Of a DNA stretch of 64,000 nt, positions 59,913 through 64,000 are shown piece by piece. The notes below the pieces were generated by a model. That model was not told where the DNA came from, ran no database searches, and worked only from the letters and a program-made list of their open reading frames with translations. The position numbers and the translations under genes are program-made. The stretch covers positions 18,262 through 82,261 of the forward strand of contig JAUCBJ010006969.1 of assembly GCA_032718475.1 (NCBI GenBank), in the 5' to 3' direction. This DNA is from Nemertoderma westbladi. Taxonomy: Eukaryota > Animalia > Xenacoelomorpha. Every line of letters begins with the position of its first letter. The first letter of the stretch is position 1.

Positions 59913-62900
59913 TTAGTCTTTCTTGCGCGGACGGCGTTTACGCAGTTTTTTAAAGCTAGCAAGAGTCCTTTTCTCTTTGGGGCGAGCCACTTTACGAGGA
60001 GGGCTATAACTTCTGGGTGAAGGGTGCAATATGATTGCATCAGAAGGTATGGGATTACGATCGGTATATCCGCCGGTCGAAGTACCGGGTTGATTGACAT
60101 CAACGTCCGGGGAGAGGGGTCTAACGGCTTTGAGAGCTCGTTTCAAGACAGCCGCTCTTACGGGTCCTGTACGAGTGGTCTGCACGAGGGCCGTGGGTGG
60201 ACCATAGGTAGTTAGAAACTTCCTTGGTTTAATGGTTCTTTCCAACTCGCGTTCGCGGGCTCGATACTCGTAAGGCCGTCGATATACTTCCTGTAACTCG
60301 GGGTGTGAGTTGACAAATAAGTCTCCATAGGCAGGGTCTTGACGGATAAAGTTTATTAAGTTGTAAGAATGGATGTCACTCGGATTAATGCTCCTGAGGA
60401 ATTTGCGTACATATTTAGTTGAAATACATTCTCCAACGCGCTTCAATAGTTCATAACTTGATAGGCGTGATTTTTGCTCGACGGATGCAAACAAATAAGG
60501 ATGGAACGCATAAACTCCTTCGTAAGCGCGTCCAGGGTAATAGCGATGGCGTGAATCACAATGTAAATCAGCGTTCGCTTCCCAAGCTCTGATATAACGT
60601 AGTACAATCATTTCATCTACGCTCTCTAAATCATGATTAAAGGGACAATCAAAGCTGGCGTGTCCTTTTAATTGACAATGATGGCATTGAGTCATAAATT
60701 GGGGGCAGACAGCAAAAATGTGCAAATTATTAAGCCGACAATATGCACAATAGATTTCCATCGACGGTTGTTCGTGGAAATAGGAACAGAGATCGTTGGT
60801 GTCCATAGACGTAATATGGTCTCTCGATGCGCACAGCCGACAACGTTGTCGAGAAACATAATTGGCGTGGCGATAATCATACGCAGTAAGACACTGTGGA
60901 CCTTGATACCATTCCAATATATAGTCGCTATCGCTACTCCGAGACGTGGGGGGCTGAATCTCTTCAGATTCTAAACATATGGGTTCGTCTTCCCCTTGTA
61001 TAGTTGAGGTAGGCATGGCCGTCTCCTCAAGTGGACCTATCGTCTGAATTTCCACGACAGAATAACCTGTGGGGATCCGAGGTCTTTGGATAACCGAGGA
61101 GTGCAGGTTTATTATACAAATGTCTTTGAAAATAGCGAATCCAGCGCTATCTAACTTCTCCGCAGCCGAGTCTCTTAAGCTGAGCTTGGTCAAAGCGCGG
61201 TCTTTGAATTGGCTATCCACGTTGCGAAACGGGGTTAAAAACCGTCGGAAACATTCAAAGCGGATGAATTTATTATGTTCATCTAGCTTAGCGAGTTTGG
61301 TCCCAAGGATTAATGGATGGGCGCGTATAGTACGACTGCACACATCGGCTAGCCAACCGGAAAGTGCGGTGTTTTCGAAGATCGTGTAGATAGCTAAGGA
61401 GGGACGGAGTGGAACACTCATGAAGCTATACACGGCGCCAGGTGCGGTCAACGGTCCGTCAAAGTATAATCGAGAATAATGGTCTCCGTATACTTGTTGA
61501 TAGTTGATGGGATTTCCGACCTTGAAATTCCACCCGTATTCCTGAAAGGCAAGATGTCCGATGGAAGTTCGTTGCACCTTTGTAATGTTGCTAGACGCAT
61601 TAGCATACATGGTGCGAAAGAAACCTCGGCCTTCGGCCCAAGGAGCTATCAGCTGAGTATCCACGAAAGGATAGGGGATATTCTCCATATTCCGAAAGTC
61701 GTTTTGGAGATCTCCGTAAACAGCTGAGCCGATTTTAATGATTCTTTCGTTGAATAACATCTCGAGAACGGGCTGGGGTAACATCGATCCATCGATACCC
61801 ATGGCCGGTTTGCGTTCGGTGTCAATGACGTAACGCTGCGCGAGTTCGAATTGTCCATGTCGGAGATTCTTTTGCGTTTCGGTGAGAGTTTCAAAGGAAT
61901 AATCGATCACGTCGGAACACGCTCGCGTAAACACGTGAGTGGAACCAGCTAATCCGCGTATGTGTATCATGCGCGTAGTTCCTAATTCTCCGATTGGAAC
62001 GCTACCTTCGTTATCGTAAGTAACAACGCCATACATCTCAATGATATTAAGAGTTTCATTCCACTCTTTGGTGGCGTTCTCGAGGGTCATCCCTACCGGA
62101 TGCCACAAGGTGGCGCATTGATTAGCGTCAGGGAGATCACTATACTTCATGTATCGAGTGGTATACGTCTCCACATTTCCATATCTTTGTATTTTCTCCT
62201 CCTCGAATAATACGTCTAGATTCCAATGGACTAATCGAGTTTTAATAAATCCATCGAGATTATAAGGAGGTTCTGTATCCTTCTCTATTCGAGAAACGTT
62301 ATATGGTTTTCGAAATGAGTTTACCTTTACTAACTGATCCAGATGTTTTTGCAATTGTTCGAGTTCTACAATGTCCAGAGGATTTATTAGTGGTAGAAAC
62401 TTTAAATTGTGCGTCGGATCTTCTGGTTTTACCATATAATATTGAGTCAGATTAACGTAATAAGGGTGGTCTTTAATTCCATAAAAAGAGTTCTGTAAAG
62501 GTCTAGCGCGTAGGTTGACATCGTGTACCATACGACGGACAAGATCCGCTCGATTGTCCGGAGGTTCAACGAGTATACCGTCAACTCGAGCGGCCTCGAT
62601 TGGCGGACGCTGTAACATAGGAGCGTCAGCGATAAGATTTTGCGATCTTATGCTGATATCAACCGGTTGGGGTTGTATCTTTGCGAAAAGTTTGTCGCCG
62701 AAATGAGGAACCATCGAGGGATGACGGACGGTTTTAGAGTAGAGATCGGTTATGAGTATCTGCGCTTCGGGTTGGGCTAAAGCGGCTTCTTCTCTCTCAT
62801 CCATTTCCGTATGTTTCTCCTCTAGTTGATTTTCCTCCGCTTGTTTCTGTAAGCGTTCTTCTAGAAACTCCTGTAGAGAATACGTACGTCCAAGCTCGAT

Positions 62901-64000
62901 GTCCTCTTCGAGGTTTTGGATTTCTCTATCAAACTGCGGCAAGGCTAACTCTTTAACCGATTGGACCTGCTGCTGTAATTTACGTTTCTCTAGAAAATCC
63001 TGGGTTCCCTTTCCAATTTTCTGTCGGATGGCGTCTAGAGCGTTTCTGATGACACTCTCCTCGACTTCCGTGGCAGGTTGTATCGGAGTTAATCCTGGCC
63101 GATTGTAAGGATTAAATGGCGATGTTAGATGCCCGCGTCCCAATCCGGTTAAATAGGATGGTCGAATATCTAACGAACCTACCGCTGGAACCCCACCGAT
63201 TAACTGCTCGGGTAACACCAAATCTTTGAACAGTGAGTATAACTCGGGAGGATCAGTGATACTGTTAGGATCAAGAGTTTGAGGTCTCACGGGGAAATGG
63301 GGAGGCCTGACCGAGTATTCCGGAACTCTGATCATGGGTTTATTTAGCGATCGTTTTAGACGGGCGATCGTAGGTGATACGTCGAACAGGTTTCGCTCGA
63401 AACTCCCGTAAGTATAACGCGTAAAACTGTGTTTAGCACAACGTCTCCGCGGATGTTTATGTCTTTCCGTTTGCTGGTTAGGTCTAGGACATGAGTCACA
63501 ATAATACCAAAGACGTACGTCCTGCAGAGGAAACGCGGGTGATCGTTCTCCAGTTTTGCAATACTCTTCCATTTGTTCAAAGCTGTCCGGGACAACAGGT
63601 AGTGGACGATCTGCGGTAAGATACATCATGGTGAAATAGAGTCGTTTGAGTTCTACCATGGGATCGTGATGTATACCTTGAGGATATCGAGTCTCTAGGT
63701 TCTGTTGACTGGCAATATTGAGATAGGTTTCTCTCAAAAATTCCAAGTAGTCGTTGAAGTTGATACGCTTATCGGGTTCTTCAACGTTTTCTCTGTCGAG
63801 TAGGTTGCGAATAGAGTTCTCGTGTTCTATTCTCGGTTTATCATTACGATTCCGCTGGGCATGATATTTAAATAAAACCATTTCCCTTTCGGTGTCTACA
63901 TCTTCCGTATCATGTAAATCGGTAGGATGGCCGGTAGTTAAGAAGTCCATATACGTACCATTACGATTCGTATAGCGAGCGGTGAATTTTCTATAGTCCA
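59913..64000 (-). CDS. Large intronless protein (at least 1345 aa, frame open to the window edge) with a DEDDy/WRN-EXD-like 3'-5' exonuclease domain and three CCHC-type zinc knuckles
   Basis: Exo-like motifs VVTYDNEG (~62005-62027), LPQPVLEMLFNERIIKIGSAVYGDL, FVDTQ, SIGHLA...GWNFK, PLRPSLAIYTIFE (~61375). Knuckles CRLCASRDH, CAYCRLNNLHIFAVC, CHHCQLKGHASFDC (~60645-60845). Also a coiled-coil segment and a basic C-terminal tail. The 16 codons upstream of ATG 63950 contain no stop. Confidence 0.8.
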   Translation of the reverse strand, partial: DYRKFTARYTNRNGTYMDFLTTGHPTDLHDTEDVDTEREMVLFKYHAQRNRNDKPRIEHENSIRNLLDRENVEEPDKRINFNDYLEFLRETYLNIASQQNLETRYPQGIHHDPMVELKRLYFTMMYLTADRPLPVVPDSFEQMEEYCKTGERSPAFPLQDVRLWYYCDSCPRPNQQTERHKHPRRRCAKHSFTRYTYGSFERNLFDVSPTIARLKRSLNKPMIRVPEYSVRPPHFPVRPQTLDPNSITDPPELYSLFKDLVLPEQLIGGVPAVGSLDIRPSYLTGLGRGHLTSPFNPYNRPGLTPIQPATEVEESVIRNALDAIRQKIGKGTQDFLEKRKLQQQVQSVKELALPQFDREIQNLEEDIELGRTYSLQEFLEERLQKQAEENQLEEKHTEMDEREEAALAQPEAQILITDLYSKTVRHPSMVPHFGDKLFAKIQPQPVDISIRSQNLIADAPMLQRPPIEAARVDGILVEPPDNRADLVRRMVHDVNLRARPLQNSFYGIKDHPYYVNLTQYYMVKPEDPTHNLKFLPLINPLDIVELEQLQKHLDQLVKVNSFRKPYNVSRIEKDTEPPYNLDGFIKTRLVHWNLDVLFEEEKIQRYGNVETYTTRYMKYSDLPDANQCATLWHPVGMTLENATKEWNETLNIIEMYGVVTYDNEGSVPIGELGTTRMIHIRGLAGSTHVFTRACSDVIDYSFETLTETQKNLRHGQFELAQRYVIDTERKPAMGIDGSMLPQPVLEMLFNERIIKIGSAVYGDLQNDFRNMENIPYPFVDTQLIAPWAEGRGFFRTMYANASSNITKVQRTSIGHLAFQEYGWNFKVGNPINYQQVYGDHYSRLYFDGPLTAPGAVYSFMSVPLRPSLAIYTIFENTALSGWLADVCSRTIRAHPLILGTKLAKLDEHNKFIRFECFRRFLTPFRNVDSQFKDRALTKLSLRDSAAEKLDSAGFAIFKDICIINLHSSVIQRPRIPTGYSVVEIQTIGPLEETAMPTSTIQGEDEPICLESEEIQPPTSRSSDSDYILEWYQGPQCLTAYDYRHANYVSRQRCRLCASRDHITSMDTNDLCSYFHEQPSMEIYCAYCRLNNLHIFAVCPQFMTQCHHCQLKGHASFDCPFNHDLESVDEMIVLRYIRAWEANADLHCDSRHRYYPGRAYEGVYAFHPYLFASVEQKSRLSSYELLKRVGECISTKYVRKFLRSINPSDIHSYNLINFIRQDPAYGDLFVNSHPELQEVYRRPYEYRARERELERTIKPRKFLTTYGPPTALVQTTRTGPVRAAVLKRALKAVRPLSPDVDVNQPGTSTGGYTDRNPIPSDAIILHPSPRSYSPPRKVARPKEKRTLASFKKLRKRRPRKKD

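Noticed and set aside
60645-60760. Nanos RNA-binding domain
   Set aside because: Cys/His spacing (C-x2-C-x5-H-x4-C, C-x2-C-x4-H-x4-C) fits gag-type knuckles, not the Nanos C-x2-C-x12-H-x10-C pattern.

Overview
Eukaryotic (invertebrate animal, species not determinable) genomic window, AT-rich and repeat-dense. Left end: a 42-bp tandem array followed by a Ty3/Gypsy LTR retrotransposon whose 3' end is rearranged, so that the integrase C-terminus and PPT are replaced by a second copy of the host array plus 5' flank. Next come a 4-exon Sidekick gene (minus strand), a cluster of nested non-autonomous DNA-transposon remnants and minisatellites, a solo LTR, and a ~14-kb two-state (49/69-bp) satellite. 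The right half holds compact host genes (SPMIP1-like, seipin, TSEN2, 3' exons of a vinculin/alpha-catenin-family gene, an SLC9B/NHA antiporter) and two fold-back DNA elements with clear TSDs. At the right edge is an unexplained intronless ORF of at least 1345 aa combining a DEDDy-type 3'-5' exonuclease-like domain with three CCHC-type zinc knuckles, followed on the same strand by structured non-coding segments and a (TGTA)n tract. That ORF is the best candidate for an undescribed element or system. All assignments come from reading motifs by eye; no database searches were run.
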